The notes beneath the pieces were generated by a model. That model saw nothing but the letters and a program-made list of their open reading frames with translations. It was not told the DNA's origin and ran no database searches. A DNA stretch of 63,666 bases, filler included, from Platydemus manokwari (lineage: Eukaryota), in assembly GCA_037951405.1 (NCBI GenBank). It is 6 parts of 6 records of this genome, joined end to end, with 100 filler letters (N's around TTAATTAATTAA, not from the genome) between each part and the next. Parts side by side here need not be neighbours in the genome. Positions count along the whole stretch, not along the records: positions 12,760 to 24,209 come from JBBMOY010589994.1; positions 24,310 to 35,971 come from JBBMOY010539996.1; 4 more parts are not named here. One strand, given 5' to 3'. Shown here piece by piece: positions 12,760 through 26,059 of this stretch (positions are counted from its first letter, which is position 1; each line of letters begins with the position of its first letter). The position numbers and the translations under genes are program-made.

Positions 12760-14739
12760 TGTCATTTACTGGGATTAAGTGATGAAAATATAAATATTGA
12801 GTTGATAATGTGGGAATACATAAAGTATTTGTGTAGACGAAAATGATACTTGAGTGATTTTATAGCTCATATTAGTATTAATGTTCATATTACGCGCGAG
12901 TTGTTTAAAATTAAAGATAATGATGAATTAGTGATTGTGTCTCTTATGTTTCTATGAAGCACAGAGTATTATATTTTATTATATTTTTATTCATTTATTT
13001 CACATAATATATACATCAATGACCTATTTGAACATCAAACATTTTCGATTAGAAATTCTCAACTTGAATCTCGTTACTAGGCTCACAAAATATCATACTT
13101 GGTAATACATATCATTCTATTGGCTTGGCCACAAAATTAATATATAAATACCATATTTGTTATCGATTGTCACAAGTATTATGATAATACAAGTATTGTC
13201 CGGAATATTGAGATTGAAATATTGGTTTATTAAAAATAATATTTTTAACCTTTATATTATGCATAAGGTTTAGGTGAATTCTAAGCTGTATCACAAGCGA
13301 AATGATAAATATAAAAATGTTTTTCAAGTATTATTAATGAGAACATACTAATGAGAGTATATTAATAACGACATACTTTTGTTATGTATTTTCTTCGGAA
13401 ATTCAATATAATAGATTATTTTTTATTCAGATTTTCTATCTGTGAGTAGTATATATTTTGTTAAAAAATAATGTTAGACATCACGGTATCTTAAAATAAA
13501 TTGCAATTATTAATTCATTTTCTGCATTAAGTGATCAAATTGGTCTTGGGTTCTAATAAGAATTTGTCTGTGTTAATGAATCTATTAATTTACATTGTTT
13601 TTGCACCTAAAGAATCTTTTCTCTCTTTAAAAATAGTAACTAAATTTAGTTTTAGTTAATCTATTTTAGCAATATTTTTAATTCAATAATATCGTGTAAG
13701 GAATTTCATCTAAAATGATACCAAGATGATGTTGTTTTACAAAGTCCAGTTTTTAATATTGTAATTTCGGTTGAATTTTTAATGTAATTATCTTTACTTA
13801 CAGCAGTTTTTTTAGAAGTTGAGCAGAATTAATAAAAAAAAGTTGAGCAACGAATTACCGAAATATCACATGACATGAGTGTGAGTTGATAAGATTTATA
13901 AAATATAACTGTAGACATATGAACACGTCCGTGTTCAAAGCTCTATTAGCTACAGGATACAGCTACAATTGTTTAGCTATTTAAAACTCAGAATCATTAA
14001 TGGTCAATAATTTACAAGAGATATCGCGAATTGAAAAAATTATATCAGTTCCACTTAATGTTTTGACATAGTTATGGAATCATGAATTATTTATATGTAG
14101 ATCGGCATATTATGAACCTGTTATGTGGGGTATTTAATTGTTTTATTTAATTATATTTATATCGCTCATTTCACCAATTATCTTATTTTCAGTTTTAATT
14201 ACTTTCTGCTTTCGAATGAATGTTAGAAATTACTTTATGAAAATTTTCCTGAGTAAAATTAAGCTGTTATATGTATTTGATATTAAACAAGATTCAAAGT
14301 TGTCTTGACTACAATGTTGATTTAGCACGAAAAGAATATGTCTCATCTTTTTTAAACATATAGATCAATATTTAACAGAAATTTGTAAAAGCATCCTCAT
14401 TTAAAAACTAAGTTTTAGTAAATATCCTAATGAAACAGAAACATCATAAGACGTACAAATTATTTTTTATCGATTTTTTCTGAAAACAATGATAGTTGGG
14501 AAAATGTGATGTAAGAATTTTTTTAGGTTCAATTAATTTTTTTAATTAAAAAATTTCATGAAAATCATTGCCCTCAAATTTTTACTGTTGGACATCCATT
14601 AAAATAGCAAAAACATTTCATTTAATACGATAATTTTTATTTCTTTGAAAATCAATAAAGTCTGTCATTTTCAATTGCTTCGATTCTTATCTCTTTGAAT
14701 TATCATCGATCAATTCTCATATTTCATTTGTCTGGGAGG

Positions 14740-15620
14740 GTAATTTGAAAGTATCTATCAAATGCTTTTGCACATTGATAGGTTTTGTATAATAGAACAC
14801 AAGCCTCTGCTTTTGAAATTCCAAGCACGACTTAATATAGATTAACATTTATGAATCACTATTGGCGTGTGTAGTTATTTCTTGAATCAAAATTCATTGA
14901 AGTATTTAAGCACTTATTATTATAATCATTAAAGACCATTATAATGCCTTGGTCAAGTACTCAAATGAGAGATGATGTACTTGATTAGGAAAGAATTCAA
15001 TTTTGCTCACCTAAAAGTTTTTTCGGTGAAGGTCGTAATAATAATAATAATAATAAAATGATTTTATGGCCTTTTGCTTTCATTGTTATGTTTACAAATT
15101 TTAACCAATCTTCAAAAATTGTTTACCTGGTCCAATACATTGTATTCCAAAGGCAGCGAACAGGTTAAAGACTTTAACTTTTTTCGTAACATTAATTTGC
15201 AAGAATATGGTTATGAGATCTTCAGAAAATTATATCACTTGCTTTATCTTGTTTAGAAATTATATATGTTCTGTTAAATCAACATTTCCAGCCTTATTAC
15301 ACCTTTATCTTTATATTACCCCTACTTTGATTCTTTAAAATCAAGAACATCCACGGTTATTTATTCTCCAATAATTCTTTTGGACGATATCATATGACTT
15401 GGAAGAAAAGAATTAAGCTAACTATTTGATGGTTTAAAATTATGATTTCCAAAGTACTGACCACTTATAGCAATGTTTCCTGGAACCTTCATCTAGAAAC
15501 ATTCATGGAATACAGCATCAACTTCATAATCACTGTGTAAATTTTGATTTTCTGTTCTGATTAATATCCAAACGTTATTCAAAAATGGAATCCATAAATT
15601 TCCTAAGATTTTTTTGCACA
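14740..15620 (-). mobile_element. Degenerate LINE RT fragment, in the syntrophin upstream intron or flank
   Basis: Minus-strand CAKAFDR (cf. DxxKAFD, ~14755-14775) and GIYGFH (cf. GxDGIP, ~15590). Confidence 0.4.
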
Positions 15621-16220
15621 ACCTAATGATTGATGAAAGAAATTTTGAGATAACTCTTGTCTTCATCAAATAATTTTAACAACAACTGTTATTTTTGAAT
15701 CGTCAAATAAGTTCACTTTCGATTTAGTCTTATATTTCTCATGTATGTGATAGAGAGTAATGAGTCAATATATAAACATTAAAATAAAGATAACATATTA
15801 ATTAACAATATGCATAATAGAAAACCAATTTTTAAGAGGACTCATATTGTTTTTAGTAAGCTTTGAGTTGCGTGTTCACATTGAATTTTGTTCATATTGG
15901 ACTGTACTGTCCTGATTATGAGTAATAATAGTACTACCAACCAATAAAAATGGCGTATAGTGTTCCTGAATATATTTTATGAATATGGATACTTGAAAAC
16001 TAGGAATACTATTTTGAATTTATAAGTATTTTTCGAACAAATAAGATATAAAATGGTACAAATTTATCAAATAATTTGTTCATTTTCTAATTCGAGTACA
16101 TATGATATCTAATCGATTCAACAACAAAGTTTCCAAATTGCGCTAGTGAATATTCTTCGTTCTAAAGTTTTCATACACCATACTTATCACTTACTGGTAT
16201 TGAAAATGATTTAACAGCAT

Positions 16221-16730
16221 CTGTAAGTCGCTACTATTTAATGAAATAGATATTTAAAACGAACAGAAAAGTCACGATATCTAATTATATTATGACATTA
16301 GAATTATTAAAATTTTTTTAAAATTTGATTTTAAATCTATTCCAAGTTCAACTTATTATAAATCCTCACATCCCCTTTTATTTAAAAATCTTTGGTTTTC
16401 TCTGAATTCTTAATTATGTATCAAATTTGTTCATATAATAATTTCCATTTCTTTTCTACTTTATATCATCTCAATACCTTGTTTTTATCTTCACCTTTTC
16501 TTCTCTACAACTTTTATATACCTTCTGTACATCTTTTCCTATGCCTTTCTAATTCTATTTTATACTTCCATGTCATCTCAGAATCGAATCCAAATGCCTG
16601 TTACCATGTGAACTGCTACTATTTAATAAAGCATGCATTTAAAATGAATTGAAAAGTCACGACACTAAATTATATTTTAATGACAATTATTATTAATAAA
16701 ATAAATTAATGTATTATAAAATTCCTTTTA
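16221..16730 (+). repeat. ~400-bp head-to-tail repeat family, copy A (about 1.3 units, period 385 bp)
   Basis: gctactatttaat..(~25 nt)..gaaaagtcacga occurs at 16230 and again at 16615. Pyrimidine-rich body and core gaatcgaatccaaatgcctgttaccatg are shared with copies B-D. Confidence 0.8.
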
Positions 16731-17920
16731 ACATGACTTTGAATTTTCAAGAATATATTCATTAAAATTTTTCAATATCAAACCGCAATGTTACTTTCAA
16801 ATTATATTAAAAATCAGCACCATGGTTGATAATCAAAATAACTTAGCGATATTTAATATCTTTTCAGCAATATAACGAGTTGAATTTATTATTTAAGTTA
16901 TTCAAACGGGTTATTTGAATTAGAAAAATTGCTACCACATATAAAACCGACTTTTGTGTTGCATAGTTTACTTATTTAGATAATGAAGTTTTTCAAATTA
17001 AAATTTATATTGTATTTGACATCCGGATTAAGACGGAAATCTTTCTAAATTGAATTATGATGAAATTTGATTGTTGAATGATCAATTGATATTTGAGAAC
17101 TTTTATGATTGTCCTACTGAAAAATGTTCGCGATAATTAATTTATTTTTTCATCAACTTGTATTTATAAATTTATTTTATTGGATAAATAAATATATATT
17201 TTGTAATTTTTCATTTCAAAGTAAAAGATTGGTGATTGTTTATTGTTTGAAGACATTCAATAAATGGTTATTTGTGGAGCTAATCTTGATAATCATAAAA
17301 TATTGAAATAATCGAATTCGATCCAAATATCTTTTGTATGAATTTATTTTTTACCCAATAATATTCGTGTCCGTTTTAAAAACGTTCTATTTTGAGAACC
17401 CGAACATTGAATGATGTCTTCATTCGTTCTTTCGGTTTTTAGAATCAAGTTTCTATTCCATAGAAATTCTGTGTGAATTATTTGGTGTTTATTCTTTATT
17501 TCTGATAACAAATAATTTATTTATTTTTAATAATTCCCTGATATCGATATTTTCAGTAGAAACCATGAGCAAAATGAGGAAATTGTGGTTGTCAGTTTTG
17601 ATTTTTAACTAGATATTTCAACCAATTGGAAAAAAAAACTTTTCGTTAAAGAAAGAATATCATCAAGGCAATACGGCATAAACAACACATCGTTAATTTA
17701 GTAATTCGATTAGTTCTGAATTATCGATGCAAACTCCAAGCTATATATTGTATGAAAAGCTTAATTCCAGTAAATATATATAATTATTTATCTACTTCAA
17801 AATGAAGATTAAATTCTCTGATATGGATCTTTATTATTAATTTTAGAAATCTGAGCCGTTTCCATTCGTTGTATATTCGGTGATGTCAAAAATTCACACT
17901 AGTCTCAAATGAGATAATGA

Positions 17921-17931
17921 CATATATGTAC

Positions 17932-17963
<32 letters not shown>
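17921..17963. repeat. (TA)n(TG)n compound microsatellite
   Basis: catatatgtacatatatatatatatatgtgtgtgtgtgtgtgt. Confidence 0.9.
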
Positions 17964-19472
17964 TAATATTTCATGAATTCAAACGAGAAATATTCATGAC
18001 ATTTAATATGTCATTTTTAATCATAAAATAATTCGACTTAATCATACTCGTTTGTGAATGAATTTGGTTGATGGGAAAATATAAATCATGAAACTATTGA
18101 TAAAAATGGGGTTTTTCACTCGTCCCAATGATATTGTAAAATGAAATCACCGATGCAATCCGACAACATCATTGGTTGCTATTCATAAACAAAGTTATGC
18201 TTTCAGGTCAACAGAATATTTATGGTTTGTTTGGGAATTCAGAAATGGATTTTGGGATTTTAATAGAAAAGGAAATTTCATTTCAAATCAATTTTTAGAC
18301 TCGTATTTAAAATATTTATTCGTTCCATTCAATTTTTAATATAAATATAGCTATTTATATCATTGGCCGGATTGTTTTTTTTTTATGAAGAAGCTAATAT
18401 TTCGATGACAAAGCATTTATGTTTGTTGAAATAGATTATTATGCTTTACTCACATTTTGAATATTATTCTCCATGGTAACAAGCAGTCTCATCAAATGAA
18501 TCGATTCACTTATTTGATTTACTTAATTAATCGGATAATTACTACAACATTAATCGATAATTCATATGGTCAATTTCATTGTAGCCATGTTTAGTTAAAG
18601 CTGTACCTCAAGTCGAAACAAAATCTAACTCCTAAGATTTACTGTGTCTAACAGAGTTGCGTGTTTCGACTTCGATCTTTGAACATTAGAAGATAAATTT
18701 GAAAAGTAAATTTAATTCACCCTAACACGTTTAACCATCCAATATCCGAATCTGTCGGATATTTTCGAAAATCTTTTATGTCCCCACAGAAATCGTTATT
18801 TATTATATTTATTTGAGTACATAATATAATTCTTTTCATCTCAGACCAATACAAATTGTAAACTATACTGGATGAGGATCGACATCTCATTTGTTCTATG
18901 TTCGGAGCAATTGATGATTAACTCGACTATCACGTCGGATTTTTATGTTTCGATTTGAAAACAATAAAGTAATTGAGAAATAGAAGACAAAATTTATTAA
19001 TAAAGAACTGCGAATTAGTCTGACGAGTATTATTTTATTTGGATTTGTCAAAAACATGTTTTTATGATAATGGAGAATGTAATTGTTTCAAAAATTTCCT
19101 TGCTGAGATATTAAATGTTCGAAAGAAATGCATTAATGAAAACATTAGCCTTCCTTGAAAGCCTTTCTATAACATACTTTTATCATGATCTTTTAATTTA
19201 TTACTATAAATGTTAGTTTTGACTAAAATTGTTTTAATTATCACACAAGCTCAATATTTTCTGCTTATCGGGACGAAATAAAAGGGAAAATAAATTATAT
19301 TATTGAAGATTTCAATTATCGTCGGATGATGGATAACCTTTGAATACAAATGATTTGATTTACCACACGATAAAGATTTGTGAATAAACTGCTAGAAACC
19401 ATGTTCTATTAATGATTACATTTTAAATATCAATTTCTCAGTGATTCTTTGAATATTTTACAAATTATTCAG

Positions 19473-19783
19473 GTAGTAAGAACGGTGTACAAACTCATAC
19501 ATTTAGAGTGGAATCTCCATCCGATCTAACACAGTGGCAGAGATTGATACAAGAAGGAGCTCATAATTCTGTATCAAGTGCTCGTGAAATTGTAATTAGT
19601 TGTCGTTGGCGTGAACAAGACTGTAAATTGACTTTGCATCTTGATTCGGGAATTCAGTTAATGAGAATAGGAACAGGAGGTGCCAGTTCTTTATTATGGT
19701 CATATCCGTATGAGCGTTTAAAAATGTCTGGTGATGATGGTATTCGTACACTGTGGCTGGATTTTGAAGATGATGGAGAACAG
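19473..19783 (+). CDS. Alpha/beta-syntrophin, penultimate coding exon (end of PH2 and start of SU domain)
   Basis: ttattcag acceptor; SKNGVQTHTFRVESPSDLTQWQR...WSYPYERLKMSGDDGIRTLWLDFEDDGEQ, matching syntrophin PFEKLKMSSDDGIRxLYLDFG; gtcatt donor at 19784. Upstream exons not found in the window. Confidence 0.92.
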
Positions 19784-20230
19784 GTCATTTTGCAGATATT
19801 ATTATTGGATTCTTTTCAATCCGTTTATAAATATCTTCATCTCGATTTTTCCTCTATAGGAAAATGTTTTAATTATTAAAATTAAATACTTTCTTTGATA
19901 AAATGAAAGAAAATTGTCGATTTGAGAGTACCAGTTATTCATATTCGCTATTAACTGATGTCATTTTATTAAGGTTTTGTAATAGATATGAATTTTTAAC
20001 AAGTTCATTTTATGACAATATCTAATTACATTTAGAATTAGAATTTAAGACTTTCCTTTTTATAATCTGTGATAATAAGTACCTGATAACCGACTTTGGA
20101 ACGTACGATAGTTTTCTAATTCATATCATATGTATTTTTATTTTGAGTAATTTGACAAGGAATGTTTTAACAAATTTTAACACTAAGCGATATTTCACAT
20201 CTTTTATCAATGATCGAACCCATTCGATAT

Positions 20231-20672
20231 TTGTAAGCCGCTACTATTTTAAAAACCACACATTAAAAACGAACTGAAAAGTCACGATATTAAATTTTAT
20301 TTAAATACAATGATTTAAACAAATTAATTTGATTTCATGCAAAAAATTTTATGCAGAATTAAATTTTCATATAAAATCAAATTTTATACAAAATAAAATG
20401 TTTAAAAATTTTAATTCAATTTAAAACGCTCACATCCCGCTTTCTTAATTGACATTGTATGGAATACTATACATATTTATCTACCTGAAAAATCTTGTTC
20501 TTCTATCTGTTTTATATGTTCTCTAAATCTTTTTTGAATCTTCTCTACATATTATCTATATATATCCGCTATATAATCTCAACATCTTTTCCTTTTCAAT
20601 AATTTTCAGTCATTGATCTTCTCATAATCGAATCCTGGTGAGTGGTTGCTATATAAGCCCCTACTATTTGAA
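20231..20672 (+). repeat. ~400-bp repeat family, copy B (period ~420 bp), inside the last syntrophin intron
   Basis: taagccgctactatttt..gaactgaaaagtcacgatat at ~20234 recurs as taagcccctactattt at ~20654. Internal ctcacatccc and aatcgaatcc..ggttgctat cores. Confidence 0.8.
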
Positions 20673-21171
20673 TCTGTCTACAATTGAGTTATGGTTAATA
20701 AATCGCTAGTCATTTTTAGAAAAATGTTAACTTATTTTTATGTCTTGACCGAGTTTGATGGAATACATAAATACAAAACAGATTATTCTCAGTTAACCAA
20801 TAATTAACATTGTTTTTATTTTATCACCAGTCTGAATCAATCGAACTAGAACTATCAATCTATATTCATTTGTTTTTGTTATTTCTGATTAATCATTATA
20901 ATATTGCATATCACATTATAAAAATGATGTAAATAGCTCTCTATTGTTAATTCTATAGAATCTGAAGCATAAAAATTTTAATAATAAAAACATTATTTCC
21001 ATAACGAAAATTATCCTAAAATATTAGCAATTCCTACCCTGGATTTATCAAATCAGACAAAATGAACATTATCTGTATTATTTTGTGAAATTCTATTTAA
21101 AAATATACAACAAAAATGTAAATCAATAATTTGAAATAAAATGATTAAATCTCTTTGGTATCAATTTTCAG

Positions 21172-21264
21172 GAGCTCGATATGTTAGGATGTCCGAAACC
21201 TGTGGTATTTATATTGCATAATATTTTATCGGCAAAGCTATATCGTAGAGGATTATTAACCTAA
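21172..21264 (+). CDS. Alpha/beta-syntrophin, last coding exon (SU domain C-terminus)
   Basis: ttttcag acceptor in phase 0 with the previous exon; ELDMLGCPKPVVFILHNILSAKLYRRGLLT* (cf. [27 protein letters not shown]). Confidence 0.93.
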   Translation, partial: ELDMLGCPKPVVFILHNILSAKLYRRGLLT

Positions 21265-21337
21265 TAACATCATTTTGTCTATGTTAGTGTGCATTCCAAT
21301 TGATCTTATTCTTTTTGTTGATGTTGTAATTTAATTT

Positions 21338-21343
21338 AATAAA
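21338..21343 (+). terminator. Candidate polyadenylation signal of syntrophin
   Basis: AATAAA about 74 nt after the stop codon. Common by chance in AT-rich DNA. Confidence 0.45.
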
Positions 21344-22464
21344 GAATGAATCAGATATTTAATTTATAATTATGCCCAATATTATTTATTCTCACTCATT
21401 CATACGTCTTAGCTTTTCAAAGCAAATTTCACATTGGATTGTATTAAATATTATAGGATTATTTTCAGTTTGACAATTTATCAGTGGATATCATCGATAA
21501 ATGAAGATAAGTGGCGATTACATGTGTAGATTTCGATTGAAGAAAATATAATTGATGAGTTATTGATATGCTTTGTAATTTTTCCATGGTTTGTTAATGG
21601 GGGTTAAATGTACAAATATTAGATTTTTCAAACGTTCTTTTAAATTTCAAATGATCAGTCTATTATAACAAATAATTAAACAAATAATAAATGGCAATTA
21701 TAAGTTGAAGAAATTTTTAAATATTATCTACTGGGACCACATTTTGAAATTACCACTTAATTTTATTGACCTAACAATCACACATTCTGTTCCTTCTGAA
21801 AAATTATCTGTGAAAAATGCACGAATATCATGTAGTTGTAGGGAAAATAATTTTTTATTTATTTATAATTTTATAATATATAAAAATGTATTACTTTTAA
21901 TTGTCAGTTGTCGATTTTCTGTAAAATTATATTCTCATTTCACCAATCTGGATTTACTATACAATTTATTCGAAACTCCTAGTTAATACTTAATGTGTTC
22001 TTAATATTGTTTCAATCTCTGCATTCGTTTTATTAATTTCATCAGTATTTTTTAAATACGTTCATTGAAATTTTTGAGATTTTAATCAATTAACATATTC
22101 TTTAATTTCTGGTTATTTTAATAGTTTTAATTCGATAAAGTTTGCTTTGTTGAAAAACATTTTCTAATAATCAAACAATTTAAAACATACCTAAAAATAT
22201 CACTCTACTCATTGTCATAATTGATGTATTCGAGCAAACTTTACACGGTTACATTGGTTATTGTTAGAACGCATAAACCTTTTCTTATTGCATTAATGAG
22301 AATGTCTGTTTGAAGTATTAATTGATTTATTCAAACAACTTTCTATCAAAATTTGTTAAATGCTCGGCACTTTGAAATGGTTAACGAAATTTTAATATCA
22401 ATTCATTTTTCATATTACTTCCAGAAGTCAAGGTTGCGAAATTTTCTGTTACAAATATCTAGGG

Positions 22465-22738
22465 CAGTATTTTTCAACCTTCTTGCTGGAGAGAAACCCC
22501 AGGGAAACATTTCTCTGGCTCGAGAAACCCCTGAGGATGTAACGAGTTTAATTATGTTAAATTTAGTATATTTAAACAATAACTAAAAATAAAAATAAAA
22601 ATGAAATAATAATAATAATAATAAAATAGATTTTTGAAATTGAATTTAACATGTTGTTTATTTTTTCGTTGTTCTAATTTAGAAATTGCGGTACTCTTAG
22701 AGTGTACTGGGGGAACCCTAAGATTCCTCGGAACACTG
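22465..22738 (+). mobile_element. hAT (Charlie/Buster-like) MITE with perfect 8-bp TSD
   Basis: Starts CAGTATTTTTCAACCT and ends GGAACACTG. Flanked by atctaggg at 22457-22464 and 22739-22746. Subterminal gaaaccc/ggaaccc motifs. Confidence 0.85.
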
Positions 22739-24209
22739 ATCTAGGGATTCGTTGATTTCAAATGATTACTTGCAATTTCATTGAGTTCCTTCTTGAACAT
22801 GTAGATAATCTAAAACTAACTTTTCAAAAATTATCGAATAAGCTTTCAATGTACTAAAAGTTCATTTTATCGAGATTCAAAATAGCATTTATAAGCTATT
22901 GTAAAATTATCAATTGTATTATTATATCAATGAAAAAATGGTAAAAAATGGTAAATTACTTTGGTTCCATTTTAATATGGTTGAATTTTGAGAGCTACAA
23001 ATATAAGTTAATCATATGTTGAAATTTGTAATTATTGAATTTGCAAACCATCATATCCATTTCAGAATTCATCGATAATATCTTTTTTTATCAGTCTTCG
23101 TGTATAGTTTTATCTTCGATATAGATTGTTAAGTACCCTATGACAAGTTTAGGTTAGTGCAGAAAGATCTATCAAGTTTAATACAATTAATCGAATAAAA
23201 TAAGTGCTCTATCTCATTAATAAGGCGGTGATCATCACCGTAAAGGTAAGAAAGCTTAGTTTTGTTATATTATAAATCATTTATTAATAGATATGATTGG
23301 AGACATGGAGTCGAAATATTTCAATGTAAATGTAAATGAATTGTAAATGAAAAATCTTATTCTTCTATTGTTATGTAATCTCTCTGTAGTAGTTTGTAAT
23401 AATGTTGTCATGAGGTGAACTCACATAGATTATTAATGATAAAATTCAGCATAAAATAAAGGTAAAAAATGACTCATCGAATGAGCATAGATTTCAAGTA
23501 GTGAATTCATTTGAGACTTATGAATGGTTGGAATCAATGGTCTAATGAACTGTTACGATCGAAAAGATTTGAGAATTCAAGTACGCAATTAGTAAAATTA
23601 TAATTCCGAAAGATCTTTATTAAATTTGTATTTTAAATCTGACTTCAAAATTGGCGTTCGATCAATATTTTATTACATAATTTAGTTAATATTTAAAATT
23701 ATAAATAAAATAAACAGTGATTGTTGTTATAAAATATAATTGATAATCAAAGAAAAATTACAATTTAAAATAAAAAGGAATAACACAATTGATGATAATC
23801 AAATCACAAATATCCAAATCATATAAACAAGTCATCAGGAATTTCTCTCTATTGTGATGAATTCTAGGTCTGCTTGAGCAGGTGATTTTAGAGAGCCTAT
23901 TTTCTCATGTGAAAGTATGTGCAGGAATCCTTAATTTGCTTTATGCTTTGAGAATGGATAGATATCAAGTCTTTCTAGCTATTGCTTGTCGATAATTTTA
24001 ATATATTTCGACCAATTTAAATTTATTGGCTGGAATGGTTCCAAGCTCAAGCAAATTAAGGATATGTTATGAAGATATACTATTTAAGAAATTATTAAGG
24101 TAATTAGATAAAATTGGTTGTATTTTCGCAGTCAAGTTTTTATCAATGAATATCAATTATAGTTGTTTCATGATCGATTTAATTGAATTTTCGTTACTAA
24201 GAGCTTCTT

Positions 24210-24309
24210 NNNNNNNNNNNNNNNNNNNNNNNNNNNNNNNNNNNNNNNNNNNNTTAATTAATTAANNNNNNNNNNNNNNNNNNNNNNNNNNNNNNNNNNN
24301 NNNNNNNNN
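24210..24309. other. Artificial assembly spacer
   Basis: 44N-TTAATTAATTAA-44N. Confidence 0.97.
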
Positions 24310-24334
24310 TTTTTAATATTGCACTTATTATGGT

Positions 24335-24550
24335 CTTAATAATAATAATTATTATCTTAATATGGGTATTGATATTATAATAAAGTTAATAATAGTAACT
24401 GTTATTTTTATTATTATTAATATTGTTATCATTATTATTATGGTTATTATTAAGATTATGATTATGATGATGATTATAAATATAATTATAATGGTTAGTA
24501 TAATTACTATAATTAATATTAATAATAATGATGGTAATAATAATTACTAA
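24335..24550. repeat. Degenerate (AAT/ATT)n low-complexity tract
   Basis: Imperfect trinucleotide run next to the gap. It produces the spurious Ile-rich ORF 24362-24550. Confidence 0.8.
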
Positions 24551-26059
24551 TTTTAAAGTAATAAAAGGATTGCTAAAATGTACTCATTAAAGGTGATTCA
24601 GATTAGCAATCTGATTGTGTAAAAGGAAAACTATTAAATGAAGTCTATTAGGTGTTTTCCAATTTATCCATGGATCATATTCTCGTTTGACTTATTAATA
24701 TGGGGGATTGACTTTTGAAAATGTAAATCATTGACAAACAAATACATATTTAAAATTATCAAACCTAATAGAGGAAAGAAGTTACATTAAAAGATCAGCT
24801 GAGCTTAATAATATTTATTATTATGACTGTGATTATTATTGTTGATTATATTATTATTTATATAATAATGATTATTTTAATAATAAAAAATATTATTTAT
24901 TTGTTATAAATGTTTTATATAATAACAAAATAAAAAAATAATTTTAAACATATTCACGAGTGGATTGGAAGAAAACATGATTTTATTTATGTAAAATTTC
25001 AAATTCATAATTATCAGATAAATATTCTGATAAATGCCAAATATTAACATTCATTGAAATTTCATTTACAAAATTATAGTTTTAAAAATTTTTTACCATT
25101 ATTATTTATCTGATGGATAGTTTTGTCAGAATCATTATTTGATGTTGCCAAGTGTTCTTTGTTTTATCGAGTGATCTATTTTTTGTCTCGACAAATATTT
25201 TCATGAATTGTTTATCAAATCATTTTTTGTTGATGTTCATTGATGATGTTCGACGAATCGATCAATTCGATCAAAACATGTTATTGAATATTATCATTTA
25301 ATGGAGCCTGGCTTTTACGATTTTTCTCATTCCAAACAGTGCAACTAAATTTTGGATTGATAAACAATATTTTATTACTATTTATACTCTTATATTTTTT
25401 ATCAACGTATTCTTTCACTAGTAACTAAGATACCATTTTCAAAACATTTCACAAGATCTTGAAATATTCATTCAAGAAATTGAATGGAAGTCATAGCTAA
25501 TTTCTCAATCCTATTATGCGAATAGGTCTAGGACTCAAACAATGATTATAATTCAGAAAAATTAATGACCATCAGAAGAATAAATACAAATAATGTTGCT
25601 AAGAGATACATATATACTCAAAGTTAATAGGTGTGTCTCAAGGAAGTGAAAATATTTCAAGACATAGCCAACAGAAATTATCAATATTACAAAATTTTGA
25701 AATTTATTGTTATTACCTTGAATTTTGTTTAAATGTTTTAAAATTTATAACTTTATTTTAGCCAGAAGAATTCAACTCATTGAAAATATTGTGGACAGAA
25801 AATTGGTTATCAAGTGGATACATTTTCAAAATAATTTTATGGATGTCAGTGACGATTCTGATCTTATTTTTTCTGTTGCATGATAATAATTATATTTGAA
25901 AACAAAAGAAAACAATAAAAACAAATAAAAAACAGTTCCATTTATTTTATTTTTCAAATCAGCTTTCAAATAAACCATATTTCGATGGATAAATAGTTTT
26001 GTCAAATTTTGCAAGACATTTTTCATTTGCAAGCGTATCGACAATCGATGAAAAATTCG

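Noticed and set aside
19784-19879. Tail of ORF 19508-19879 (VILQILL...)
   Set aside because: Intron read-through. Syntrophin homology resumes at 21172.
24362-24550. Hydrophobic 62-aa ORF
   Set aside because: Translation of an ATT/AAT microsatellite.
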